From: Azolla caroliniana
Taxonomy: Eukaryota; Plantae; Polypodiophyta
Length of the DNA stretch: 64,000 nucleotides
NCBI GenBank assembly: GCA_043228905.1
Contig: JBHGNT010000001.1
Span: 7,068,001 to 7,132,000 of the forward strand
Direction: 5' to 3'
The first letter of the stretch is position 1. Each line of letters begins with the position of its first letter. The notes beneath the pieces were generated by a model. That model did not search any database. It had not been told where the DNA came from and saw only the letters and a list, made by a program, of their open reading frames with translations. Below, piece after piece: positions 17,601 to 30,439 of this stretch. Made by a program: the position numbers and the translations under genes.

Positions 17601-19861
17601 GATTCCTATAGTGATATGATCATTTTAGCTAAACCACTACAAGAGCACTATAGTTGCATCCATTAAATCATTTTTCTTGTAAAGGATATGTGTTGTCTTT
17701 CCATACTAGTCGAAAGACCAATAAGTTTGTCTCCGCTCCCCTTCTGGCAAAAAACATTATGTCAAATATTGCAAGGCCCTTTGTTTACTCATTGTGGTGT
17801 AGAAACAAATGCTAATGAAGAGCTTTTATAACTAAAGAACATTTACGTCAAATGAAGAGCTTTTGTGAATAATACAAGAATTCAAAAGAAAAGCTTTGGT
17901 AATCGATGTGAACATCAAACAATTTATTTGAAACTTGAACCTCAACCTTAAATGTTGTGAAGTTCTAGCACTCATCTCAGAAATAAATATATGAGAAGGT
18001 ATTTCTAGATGAGACAATGTTTACGTAGCTATGCTTCATCACTCTACTTTATAAATAGATCGAAGTGGCCCATTTTCTTAGGGTAAAGGCCAAAACCACC
18101 TTTGAGGTTTTCATTATTTTCCAAATACCAATGTGCTTTGAACTTTCCTTTCCTAAGGTAAAGTCTAAGTCAGTCATTGAAATAGAAAAAAAGGGGATAA
18201 TAGCACAAAAAATTGAGAAGAGAAGCAATTGACCATATGATTACTCAAATAGAACATATAATTTCTCTTTAAGGATTGTCTAGAGACATTTAGGAAAATA
18301 ACAAAAAACTTAGGGGTGTATGAAGAAGAAAAAGTGAAACTTAGGGATATTATGTAGTTCTTCTCTTCTCTTAAAAAGAAACAAAACTTTGCAACAATGG
18401 AATCACCAAATGGTGTGCAACAATGAATATGCTATACTACTAACTTGTTGTGAAGATAACATACAATCAACTCTTGGCTTTTAGTGAATGAGAACATCAG
18501 GTGAAAAAATAAAACAACTGCATATGTTGTCGGTAACATAATATTGTGGCGGTGGTAACCAATGTATAATATATATGCTTTTGAGAAATAACAAAGTAGG
18601 ATTTATTAAAGGTCAAACTAGTGGTGTTAAGTAAAGTCTAACAATTGTTGGATTTGTGCTTGAAACACATTTGTCATGTAACTTTTTTGCAATATAAGGA
18701 CAATAGTATGGTCGAATACCTACAAAGATGGTAAGTAGGTGGGAAATCTACAACAATTTGATCTTTATATTATTCTAAAACACGTTCATGATATTTGGTT
18801 TTTGCTTAGCCGACACTGCTAACAACAGATTTATCACTATCTTGATGAGAAATAGATTCTCCACGTAGCATAAAGGATATTGTATAACTATCATAATCTA
18901 GACTCAATTCTTCAAAAATAGGAAACTACAACAAAGCACAAGTTGATGCACCATGCCATGTTCTTATAGCATCCTAAAGTAGCATGTGTTGATTGTGCGC
19001 ATAAAAGAAACCCATTATGCACTTCTTTTAAAGGAGTTCATCATAGCAACAAATAGAGCAATCTGATTTTTGTTTGTTGACTTAGCCTTTCTAAACATTT
19101 TTTAACCCATTAGACTCGAATTCACAAAACAATAAACAAAGATGTTGGCATGCTTAATTAATTTTCATTTCTTCCCAACTCAATGTTTGCTTAATAGGGA
19201 TATCAATTAAAATGTAAGACTCAAGGTTAAAATTATAAAATCCTATTGAAATCTTCAAGGCTAAAGCCTCCTTACAAAAAATGAACCATAATGTTATTTT
19301 TCTTTGTCAAAACAAATATGTTAGGTAATTGTTTGTGCGTTTGCATGGTTTGAGGAAGACATTGACTAGTGAGGCACATGCACTTGTAATGGATGCAAAG
19401 AGGTCATGGTCAACCATTGATCAATGAATATGATAATTGATGGAAAGTACAATTATATATCCCCTTAGTCCACATCCTAATAAGATTTAATAACATTGTG
19501 AAATATAAGCAATAACGATAAAAAATTTGGATGGAACTACAACTTTCACCGTTTTTTTACAATCTTAAAATCGTTAGAATTCACCTAACAATTCATAAAT
19601 AAAAATTTAATAACTTTAGGTAGAATGAAACTAGTAATTTTACTAAAACACGAAACTTGTGAGACAAGTAGATTGTAAAATTTAAAATAAACATATTAAA
19701 ACGTTGTGGGGGTTCTCTCACATAGTTCTCAAGTTCAATATGGTGCCCAACATAAGCTAATAAAGTCAATAGGAAGGAAATGGAGTTGCTAAATATTTCG
19801 TCACATGATCACATCTAGTTACATCTCTTTTGGAACACCATCTTAATAGAGATGCTTCAAG

Positions 19862-19935
19862 CTCAACACGTTAAGTGCGGTTGAGCCATAATAGTATTGG
19901 GATGGGTGACCCCCAGGATATCCTAATGTCATCAC
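19862..19935 (+). pseudogene. 5S rRNA-derived fragment (5S pseudogene or Cassandra-type LTR remnant)
   Basis: GTTAAGTGCGGTTGAGCCATAATAGTATTGGGATGGGTGACCCCCAGGATATCCTAATGT aligns to the plant 5S 3' half GTTAAGCGTGCTTGGGCGAGAGTAGTACTAGGATGGGTGACCTCCTGGGAAGTCCTCGTGT. The box C core GGATGGGTGACC is intact; the 5' third of 5S is absent. Confidence 0.65.
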
Positions 19936-21536
19936 ATAGGCCTTGTGCACAGAGTCTAAATTATCTATATCAATGGATGTTATCTACTCATTGGACTCCC
20001 ATGACCTAAATCACACTAGATGTCATCCCCTTTTGAATACTCCTAATAAGGAGTAGGTCATAAACAATTTAAAAGGATGAGAAGCTCTCAAGCAAGACAA
20101 TTCAGTCACATTCTAGATAATTTCGTGAACCCTAGATACTATGTTGGGGGATCATAGTGGGTTGATGTTATCAATTTGTTTAGGATAAACAACAATAAAT
20201 GTTGATTCCGAGCTTGGTAGAGATTGCCTATGAAGACAATTGGGCATAACATCAATAATATGCATGTGTTGATGATAGAGACGATAAGGTGAGACTCCAA
20301 CCACTAGTTGTTTTAGGGAGAGCTAAAGATCAACCTTTGAAGCTCACAAATTCTACATGATCTAATACATTAGTGAGATTTGAACCCTTTCCAATTTCCA
20401 AAAGATAGCTTAGCACTAGGGTATAGCCAAATATGAAAATGGAGGATGCTAAAAAGCGCTATCTAATGTTAAGAACTTCAAAAATGACAGAATTCACTTT
20501 CATTCTAATTGTCAACCAATTTCATCCTGCTACACTTGTACATAAAGGAGTTGCATAGCAAAAGTTTATACATTTCTACTTGTTTCAATATTCAATTCAT
20601 GCAACAACCTTTCAAAATAGAAAATTTGTAAGGAATATTTTAGAAACCGCAAGGTAGACAATGTGGCAAAAATAATCGACTACACAAGGGTAATTGATAG
20701 TTATTTCCAAGTATTCTAAAACATTGTCTCTCTCCTGGCTGTACATCTATGCATGGGAATCATATCCTTCACTTATAACACCACTCAAATAATTGGCATG
20801 TTTTCCAAAACCACCATTATCAAATGCTTCTAGGATTGTGTCCAATTTTACATGAAATTAGTTCTTCTGACACCATTTCACATTGTCAATCCAGTAAAAA
20901 CTGATTTGCAAAGAAAGCATTGGAATAAACGCAAAGAATCTAGTTTTTCACTTATTACACAAGAAGCAAGGGGAACCCCGTCAGCCCTTTTGATGGGCAG
21001 ACACTCCACTTATATAGAGGCCCAAATGGGCTGTTACCCATGAATGCATGGCGCCTAACCATTACACATGGTGCCTTGCATGGGAGTGGCTGGGACAGGA
21101 CCGAGCCTTGGCCCAGAATAGAACAATGTTCTAATCAATACTACTATTATTTAGAAATGTTGTACTTCTAAGGGCATCCATTAGCTGAATTGTAGCCCAT
21201 ATAAAGTATGCTTCACATCACATTAGAAAGATGTGGAAAAATTCAAGATGTGAAAAAAATCTGTGGCAAACATTTTTAACATTCTCTATAAAATCTTAAA
21301 AGTAAGCATGACTTTAGAATATGCCATAATGTTCATGGTTAATCTTGTTGATGACGAAATTATGATTAGTTTATATTGCTCTATGGCCCCATTTCTCTTC
21401 AGTATTTGCACCTGTCGCAATGACATTTGCATTGTGTAGAAAATTTGCTTCAGAAAGCGTATAGTATTTATTTAATTCATGGCATATATCCCCTGGGAAT
21501 TGATAAAACCTTCATCAACAATGATTTGCTATCATT

Positions 21537-22007
21537 TTATGCCTCACATTCAGGAAGTTCCTCAGGTAGAATGCGAAGCGCATGCACAAGAGTCCCGCTT
21601 GATCTTCCAAGGAATTTGAAACTGCTCATAAAGTGACAAGTAAATGTGTTAATATTCCCAAAATTTAGCAGAATACTCCGACACGTGAACAATAAAATGA
21701 CTGTAGCAAGCAAACACAATGGACACAATCTAGAAAACAAATGACATGTAGTTGATAGCCAACTACAATTCCATCGACATGTAGTTGATAACAAACTACA
21801 ATTCCATCGACACGTTACTGATAATGTGCTGAGATTCCAATGTTGACAATGCGATATATCAACATTAACATTATTTACTTCAATAAACTCTTTGAAGTAC
21901 TAACCTACAGGTCCGGCTTATAGGTGTATCCTCCATGTTAAACTCTGCTACACAACCGCCCCCTGCTTTAACAACAGGGGCAAACCCTGCAGCAGGCTAA
22001 ACATAAT

Positions 22008-22050
<43 letters not shown>

Positions 22051-24047
22051 GTTAGAAAGATAACACTTCTGAACTACTATGCAAACACTGTTTTGAGAGG
22101 TCAAGCATTCAAAAAACCTGAACAACTGCAGAGGTTCCGATTACAAGCAAGAGATCACAATGCTCCAATGAGGCGTAAGCTCGCTCAAGTACATCTGCAA
22201 AAAGCATTTCACCAAACCATACCACATGTGGTCTCAACAAACCATTGCACTTTTTGCATCGGGGTAGTTGCATGCTCGGAATGCGCGCATTCACCGCATT
22301 CACATCTGGTGCCCCCTGGACAACATAACAGAAATTGTAGATCATAATTTGTATGTAATCAAGTGCAAACAGTTTATGTTCAAATCGCTTTGGGAAATGG
22401 GATCATACATGGGAATATATAAGCTTATGGAAAACAAATGAAAACTATCTCCATTTGAGTTTTTCATTGCTTTATTAAAGAGCACATAAAAGGAAAAGAT
22501 CAAATAGAAGAAAATCCATACCTTTCCATCAAGGGCTGGACAGATTGGATTATCATAATTCTCTTGAACATCCTCACAAGTGCGACAACGTGTTTTCCAA
22601 AGAGAACCATGCAGCTCTATTGTTGTACTCCCAGCCTTTTGATGGAGTCCATCAATATTCTGAAAAATACATTATTTTGTATATAAACTCTAGAATCAAA
22701 ATGATTCCGTAGAATACTATGGAACACCAGGAAAATGCCATCACTATTCTTATAGTTTAGAAATATGTGAAAGTATGTAAACCTGTGTCAATAAAGTAAA
22801 TACTTTTCCCTCTTTCCTACAACGATTCTCTAAGGCAGCAATAGCATAATGGCCACGATTGGGTTTACAGTTTGAAACTACCACTCTGCACAGAAGAGAA
22901 TACGCTAACTTATGAGCCATATCCATGCTTTTAGGCACAAGACAGCATCCATATAGGATAGCAATGCATGGTATATACCAAATACAAGTTTTTAGAAACA
23001 TTGTTTAACATCTTGTTTCACAGAAAGGCAGATGTAACACTGCTGATATCATTTACATGATTCATTTCTCTGACTCTATCACAAAAAGATCTTTCAATCT
23101 TTAAGGCACGTCATACAGATTGAATTTCTCCACATGACTGTATCTCTAATACATTAAATTACCTTTTGATTAATCACTTTTGTTCTGTAAATAGGTTATG
23201 TTTCATTCGTTTTATTATAATAATACATCTGCGAAGCTATACAACTAAATAATCTTTTTTTGTATGAGCATTACCTTCTATAGTGGTAGAACTCCCAGAC
23301 TAGAGATGGATCTGCTGCAAATGCTTCTGGTGTGGCTAGCTCCTTCAATAGGGTGGATGACAAAAGTATTTTTTTAAAACAAACAGAAAATAAGTCATGA
23401 AATCAATTATGAATGATATGAGCAATGACCGTGGCACTCCACGTGCGCCATAATCCTCCTTCACCACGAAATGTTGGTATTCCAGATTCTGCAGATATGC
23501 CAGCTCCAGTGAGGACTGTTATTTTCTGTGTGAGAATATGAATGTCATGATATTGAAAAAAAAGGAGTTACACGTTGCTAATATTCAGTATTTCACGAAG
23601 CAAGGGTTCAGAATCAACATCTTTTGCTGCTATTCCTACCCATAGGGCGGCATTGTGTTCTCTCTATGAGCTTTAGTTAAAATGACACATGCATCCATAT
23701 AATCATTCAAACAAATATTGTGATCCACCTATCCCCATAAATTAAGATCTTACATACATACATACAAAACATGCATAGATATCTTCTAATCCGCTTCTAT
23801 GAAAAAAATACAAATGGACCATAAAACCTAATAAAGACCATATCATATACAGATACACACATGTAGGAAGAGAGAGACAGAGACAGAGACAGAAAGTTAC
23901 TGATGCTTCTTTCAGAGCAGTTGAGAACCGCTGCAATTCAGAGGGTTGGAGATGTGCCATATTCCTGCAATTCAGATCCGGGTACTGGAAGAGGGTCTGC
24001 TTCGTCTTCTTGAGAGAACAGAGCAGTACTCTTCCGACCAAATTCAT
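21537..24047 (-). CDS. SIRT5: NAD-dependent protein deacylase, class III sirtuin (SIRT5/CobB-like). Exons (minus): 24047-23901, 23525-23430, 23342-23275, 22885-22783, 22659-22522, 22315-22118, 21996-21905, 21621-21537
   Basis: The spliced ORF has [23 protein letters not shown]...[27 protein letters not shown] (catalytic His), Zn ligands [40 protein letters not shown] and VAEFN. All introns are GT-AG and in phase. An alternative start is the ATG at ~23960 (MAHLQPS). Confidence 0.93.
21742..21825. repeat. 33-bp tandem repeat (2.5 copies) in sirtuin intron 7
   Basis: GACATGTAGTTGATA(GC/AC)(C/A)AACTACAATTCCATC occurs twice plus a partial copy. Each unit contains the inverted repeat TGTAGTT...AACTACA. 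Confidence 0.85.
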
Positions 24048-24074
24048 CCTTCTCTTTTTATCTTTCCGGAATCA

Positions 24075-24135
24075 GTATTAGTATTTAGTATTAAGTATTA
24101 AGTATTAAGTATTAGCATTAGCATTAGTATTAGTG
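24075..24135. repeat. (AGTATT/AGCATT)n simple repeat ~30 bp upstream of the sirtuin ATG
   Basis: Directly visible run of 6-7-nt units. Confidence 0.85.
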
Positions 24136-27100
24136 TATTCATGGAGGATTAATTGACATTGGCTTTGGAACTTAGCATTGCAACAATAAAACAGAAATGT
24201 AATCCACCAAGGCTTTGAATGCTTCTTGTACATTATTTCATGTCCATGCACATAATTTGCTATGCCCTAAGAGTACATGAGATTATGATGTGATACATTG
24301 CCTCTTGTTTTCAAACACATTGATGATTAATTCTTATGAGAGGGAGAATAGGCAAGATCGCGTGATCCGAGAGAAGAGGTAGGCTACGAGAGATGAGAGG
24401 AGCCACAATACAAGAGATTATGAATTGATATTAACAAGACTTTGGACTATTATGATTAGATGTCAAGAACATTGGATAACACACTCAATCGACATGAATA
24501 CTCACTTTGCATAAGAGATTGTACTCCATAAAACCTAATTGTATAGATTTACACTTCACACTATCATGCATAGAATATTATCTTTGTGTTGTTAATTTAG
24601 CATTTGTTTTTCTCATAGCATGATATTGAAAAAACAAAGACTTTTGCCATTTTTTTATGATAATATGTGGATCTATGGAAATGCATTCCACGGATGGCGG
24701 CTATAGGGAAAGAAGAGGTGTGATAGTCAAGGCTTGAAACAAAAGCCAAAGAATTTGTCGTCTACTAACTTATCACTATGGTAAGGTACTTATATTCCTA
24801 AAGTTTGTTCGTCACCTCATGCTTCACTTTGGTAATAGTGAAGCATGAGATGGTTGGCTCGTATTAATTGTAATGTCCAATAACTATAGTATACATCTAA
24901 TCAATCGTAGCTAGCAACTTAACCCAATTCATGACAACGCCATGTCTAATAGAGGAAGTTGTTTTGGGCTTAAAACTTTCTTTGTGATGCCAACAAATCC
25001 TGATTAAATTCTAAATTATGCTCAAGGTTTCAAGCCAACAACTTAGCTTCAAATTGAATGGTCATTCATCAATGGTCTTCTTTCTTGCTCATGCATGTTA
25101 GGTCTTATTAACCTTCATGGAAACTACATCGCATCCAAAATCCATAAGTAATTGAGAGACTTGTAAGAAAGGACTTCCTAACATATAGGCTACTTGATTT
25201 CTAGATCATGTAACCATAAAGGTGAGATAGTATTATACCACTTAATATGTCAAATTGGTGGTTAATGATCATTCCTTCTAGCTTTTGGATGGAACCATTT
25301 TCCATTTGTAGTTTTTATGTTCGTAGTGACCATTCTGGGGCTACCCCAAATTCGTTAACACTCAGTGATGGGTTTTGTTCTTGCGCTTTTGTTATGGGGT
25401 TTAATAAAGAGCTTTGTGGTCTTCTTAACATCTTCAAATACCACATCATTGATTTCCTTGGATTGTATCTCATATCTTGGTGCTCCCTCCAATCATTCAT
25501 CAATGTTTTTGAAAATAGATTTTGACATAAACTTTTGGTCTTCTGCCCATTTTGATATTAAAAAAGTTGTAATGATTTATATTCATATTCATATTCATTT
25601 ATATTTCATCGTCATTAAACGTTTGTCACTGTATGTTAATGCACGTGCTTCCAATAATAATGTATTCGTATATAGACTCCAAAATGGAATAACAAGTAAC
25701 TTGTGATGTTCAAGTCTTTCCAACAAATTCACTACATTGGAAGAATGTTGTATTCCTCTATTGAAGTGATTCCTCCAAAGATAATAGCAATTCCGTTGGA
25801 TGTATAGAAAGTCAAGAACAATAGTCAATCTGCATTTATTCCATACCCTTGCCATGGAAGTTTCCAAAGGGTACTCCAAGTACAATGCGATAGTGCAACA
25901 TATTATCTTGTTATATGACATGTGTTGCCTTTTACGCCTACCTTAGACACTTACACTAATATTTAATATCATAGGCTTGTTAGTCTCATAAAAAAATACG
26001 TACTTGTTCTATATGTCACACAATACATAATACTATGGTATACACTCATAAGGATAAAAGCTCTACAAGGCTGAAATACTAAGAAGAATATAATGGCATA
26101 CCAATGTTGCAAGGATACGTAGTCTAAGGACAATGATCCATAAGCTTATGTCTTATATCATAACTCATGCATGAGTTAACCACTGAGCCCATGTGCATAT
26201 AACACATCTCCTTTATGCCTCACACACAATGTGCAGCTTGAAACAACACAGCATGTGCTATTACCCTCAAGGGCAATTCCCAAAATTGAAAACCCGTTGA
26301 TACGAAATGGTGAATGGTCAGTCACATTCCAAACATCAGAGAGAAATTTCCCAACCACTTGGTTGAAATACTTTTCATCGATTGCTAAATTAGGCCCAAT
26401 GGCATAAAAATATAATCAAAGATGACGAGCATAATTAACCTTGTCTTAAACATTCAAAACGCTGTCAAGTGAGCATATAAAAAACACCATTCAAAACATA
26501 TATTCTTAAAACTAAACAATTGATATGTAAACCCCCAGCTTTTCCAAAGAATTTAGTGCAGAAGCTACCATGGTAAGAAAACAGGACTATGAGAGCGGTT
26601 ATGTGATACAACTACAGTGGTATTGTTCTCCACAGATCATCCCAAAATGGGCATCATAGCTTGAATATTCACCATTGATACTCCATGGAAAAGAAACCTC
26701 CAATTGATTGATTCCATCATTTGTACTTCCAGCAGTGGAAAGTAAGCATTTTCTTTTCTTTACTCTTTTCCATTCCACTCACAACATATAGCCATCAAAT
26801 GATGTGATCTCATGTAAATGTACGAAAAAGTAGTTGTAAAGGAGGTAAAGCTTCATAGTAGTTCTTTCAAGTATACAAAGGCTTGGAGCATCCTTGGCAA
26901 GAATCAAAGCAAACTCAAGTAGCATATCGACATGAGCTCAAAATTGTTCAATTTTCTAAGCATTGGAAACACCCATGAACCAAAGATAATGGAAGGGAAG
27001 AGATGACGACATAAAAATGACACAAAACCTTATCCTACTAGAGATTATAAAGAAGATGATGCCAAATTCTTGTTAGTCTTCACCTTGTTCTAGATGCCAT

Positions 27101-27721
27101 TAACTCTTTAACTATAGAAATCACTGTCAGACATCTACATGTTTAAAATAGTATCTCAGAGAGATCATGGGGTATAGATAGCAAATTGACAATTGTTTTC
27201 CTCAAATGATTACGCATACTAGTAGTTATTGTATTTGTTAACCTTCAATCAGGTACATGATACGTATTAACACTTAGTTATTAATCATATCTCTGATATG
27301 TAAATATCCCGATAAGTAGATATGCAGGTTTCGTAGAAATGAAAGATCATATGAAATTACCATGATAGCACATGTCTCTTATAGCACTTCACCAGCAATT
27401 GCCCACAAACTGAAGATAACATACAAGAGAAACCCTGGGATATGAAAAACAAAGAAATTCTAAACTGGTATGTATTTCTAAACATTCAAAATTCACAACC
27501 AAACACCCACGCATTGAACATAATATAAGAGAGACACGAGAAATCCCATGTGACATATAGCAATAAGAAAAAAAATGGCACAAAACAATGTTTTCCTTTA
27601 AAAGTGTACAAAGAAGATGGAGCCAAAATTTTAGTTCAAGCACTCAACCTCTTTTTTGGGTATTGTTTTTGTTTCTGTACTACTATTAAATGGCAATTTT
27701 GATTGAATATACTACCACTAG

Positions 27722-28648
27722 CTAGCTATAGGATTCACTACTACTATCCATACCCAAACCATACAAAACTCCAGCATATTTTTCTGTGGCACCATTGAAA
27801 AACCCTTCTTTTAACTTCCGGAAAGCACACGATGTAAGTAAACTATCAGATCCTGCTTGATGACAAGCTCCGAATCTCTCCACTTCAAGCATTTCGGCTA
27901 GCCGATTCAGTCCCCCATGGAGATTATTGCAAAACTTCATAAGATATTTGATGTCATAAATAGTCGGGAAATATACCTTGAGTAGGTTGAAGAAATCAGG
28001 CCCTGAAGATGGTAAGCTTTGGCTTGTAAGAATCTTCAAAAGATACCCAAAATCATATCCGCTGTGAAATGTGATCCAATGCATATTCTCGTTCATTACA
28101 ATCCCTGATGACATAAGAAGCTCAGCAAATCTTTGATATTCAATCCCTCTTTCTTCATTTTTTACAAAATCGATTCCGCTCTCCTTCAAGAGCTCAATCG
28201 AATCATGGGCATATACATCCTCTCTTATGTTAAACTCCTTGAAATTGAATTGCCAAACACAATATTGATCATTCTGGTTACCATCACACCTTTCATCATC
28301 ATGTATCAAACTATCATGCACCATCATTTCATCAATTCTCTTACCACTGGTCTTCTTATTATCATGTTTCCCACAAATTCGAGGAAGCAATCCTTCTTCA
28401 TTAGAGAAGGTTAAACCAAGTTGGATGAGTTTAAGTATATTGACATTAGACCTTAGGGTTTGGTAGTGATACTCTGCACTAGATTTGAATGTGCCTAATG
28501 GCCTCACAACAACACCTGGAAATTCCGTGTCCATTGCAAGATATGGAAAATCATCTACGATTTCTCTGATCAGTTCAAATTCTTCCTCTAAATTGTCTGC
28601 CCATACCTCTCTGATGCAGAGGTTCTCTGGTTTCTCCATTACAGACAT
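27722..28648 (-). CDS. CAF1: CCR4-associated factor 1 (CAF1/POP2) DEDD-family poly(A) deadenylase, intronless
   Basis: 308-aa ORF with [67 protein letters not shown] and GVLYGLG. The catalytic DEDD residues are intact. Confidence 0.96.
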   Translation of the reverse strand: MSVMEKPENLCIREVWADNLEEEFELIREIVDDFPYLAMDTEFPGVVVRPLGTFKSSAEYHYQTLRSNVNILKLIQLGLTFSNEEGLLPRICGKHDNKKTSGKRIDEMMVHDSLIHDDERCDGNQNDQYCVWQFNFKEFNIREDVYAHDSIELLKESGIDFVKNEERGIEYQRFAELLMSSGIVMNENMHWITFHSGYDFGYLLKILTSQSLPSSGPDFFNLLKVYFPTIYDIKYLMKFCNNLHGGLNRLAEMLEVERFGACHQAGSDSLLTSCAFRKLKEGFFNGATEKYAGVLYGLGMDSSSESYS

Positions 28649-28924
28649 GGTCTGGTTGGTTTGTGGTTAGATCTGGATGTGTAATGGAAAATAGATATTA
28701 AGAAAGAATCATCAGAAAAAACCTAGCCTCTCTTGTCTATCTGTGCATATCTCTCTCTCTTTCTCTCTCTCTCTCTCACTGTCTTTATAGGTGGAGATAA
28801 AAGATCTCCCTCTCTGTGTATTCCCGTTTCTCTTTCTGGTTATAGCGAGAAGTGTGGGTGTGAGTGGGAGGAACAGAGTATTTGGCTTTAATTTGATCAA
28901 GAGATTTATTATATCTCATACATT

Positions 28925-28961
<37 letters not shown>

Positions 28962-29270
28962 AAACACCACATGAGGAGAACACAAATACAGAGAACCAAC
29001 CCATGTTCTTTGTGGACATTATGGTCGGGTCGGGACTTCAATATAAGCAAGTCGTCCATCACGGAGGCACGCCTAAATCCCGTGTTTTCTGTAGACTTGT
29101 CCATTGTCAGCTCATTATCTCTTGGATGGACCTCTTGAGGAACATGTCGGTCGACCTACGTTTATCTCTCATCTCCCTACAAGGTTGAAGATGTTTGCAT
29201 GAATGAATCGGACATCTGTTATTAGACTCCATGGTCTAGTGGAATGTGATGTAAACATTGAATACATATA

Positions 29271-29273
<3 letters not shown>

Positions 29274-29330
<57 letters not shown>
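29274..29330. repeat. Compound (CT)n(CA)n microsatellite; a (GA)n tract also lies at 28927-28958 upstream of CAF1
   Basis: Directly visible. Confidence 0.9.
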
Positions 29331-29332
<2 letters not shown>

Positions 29333-30348
29333 ACACTATATTATGCATTATACCAGCACTACCGCTCCTTACAAACCAATGCACTTCTTTGCTCGTAGTA
29401 TATTGCATGTAACCCACCCATATCTCGACCTCTAGTTGGTGAGAGGATATTCTAAGCTAGCCTCTAGTGTGGCGATGGACGTGTACATCGATATATATCT
29501 TGGTGTATGTGTGAATTCTTTAATATGCCATCTTACTAGGGGAAGGAGTTCTCTGGGTGTGATCCAAGTCTCATGTGCAAAGAGCTATAAAGAAATGGAG
29601 AGAGGATCCGATGAAGAAATACTCCAGTTAGTCATCCACACCAAACAAATAAATACCATAATGATTGTGAGGAACATTTCTACTTTATTAATCGCTCTAT
29701 CTCCATCTCTTCTGGGTGTCTTACATATCCTTAGGGCAACCTTGTGAAGCTTTCTTGCACATTTTTAAATATGCACCTATATATGCCTTTGGATATCAAA
29801 ATTTAACGCTTAAAACAGAAGCACACATGGAAAACTATGAGGGTTGTGGTTTTCTTTTTGTTAATTCTTTCTTCTAGTGACATTAGTCACGACTCACATT
29901 TAAGAGAGAAACTCTCTTTATCACATGAACATGATTTTGCTACCGATATTCCTTCTTTATTTTGTTTCCCTTGGAAAACATTCACTTAATCTTTTTAGGT
30001 ACAACATAAAACACACTCACACAAATAATGACATCCCTTTGCCTTTGGTCATGACTCATGTCGATATTTTTGAGCAATAAGATTCTACTAAAGCAATTGT
30101 CATCTTAATGTTCATAACACTATGAACAAAGCTGAAGATCAACTAATATTCTCCCCTCCCCATAGATGTAATAAACTTGAAAAGAAGACAAAGGAAATTC
30201 ATTTCAAAACGCAATTGATGAGTGCGTCCACATTATAAAACTTATATAGTATATATAGTGTTTGAATTTATAGATTCATTGAATTGTAAGTTAATTTTAG
30301 GTTTGCATAGAGTAATAGATTTATTGTTTGATTTTCATCAACAATATT

Positions 30349-30383
<35 letters not shown>

Positions 30384-30439
30384 GAAAACACACAATTATA
30401 TTAATAAATGTGTGTGAAAAACACTACTTATAATGGGTG

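Noticed and set aside
13290-18020. Scattered 60-120-aa ORFs in the MAPK-sirtuin intergenic region
   Set aside because: No recognisable motifs or consistent exon chain; probably decayed repeats.
20128-20150. CTAGATACTATGTTGG (similar to 58124-58140) resembling a reverse-strand Met PBS next to an LTR end
   Set aside because: Too short and mismatched, and no partner LTR or coding remnant was found.
21742-21825. Palindromic 33-bp repeats reminiscent of a CRISPR array
   Set aside because: There are no unique spacers, only 2.5 contiguous units inside a spliceosomal intron, and no cas genes.
21537-24047. Bacterial contamination or recent horizontal transfer of cobB
   Set aside because: The gene has seven canonical spliceosomal introns, host-like composition and the SIRT5-type PICPAL insert, and it is embedded among plant genes.
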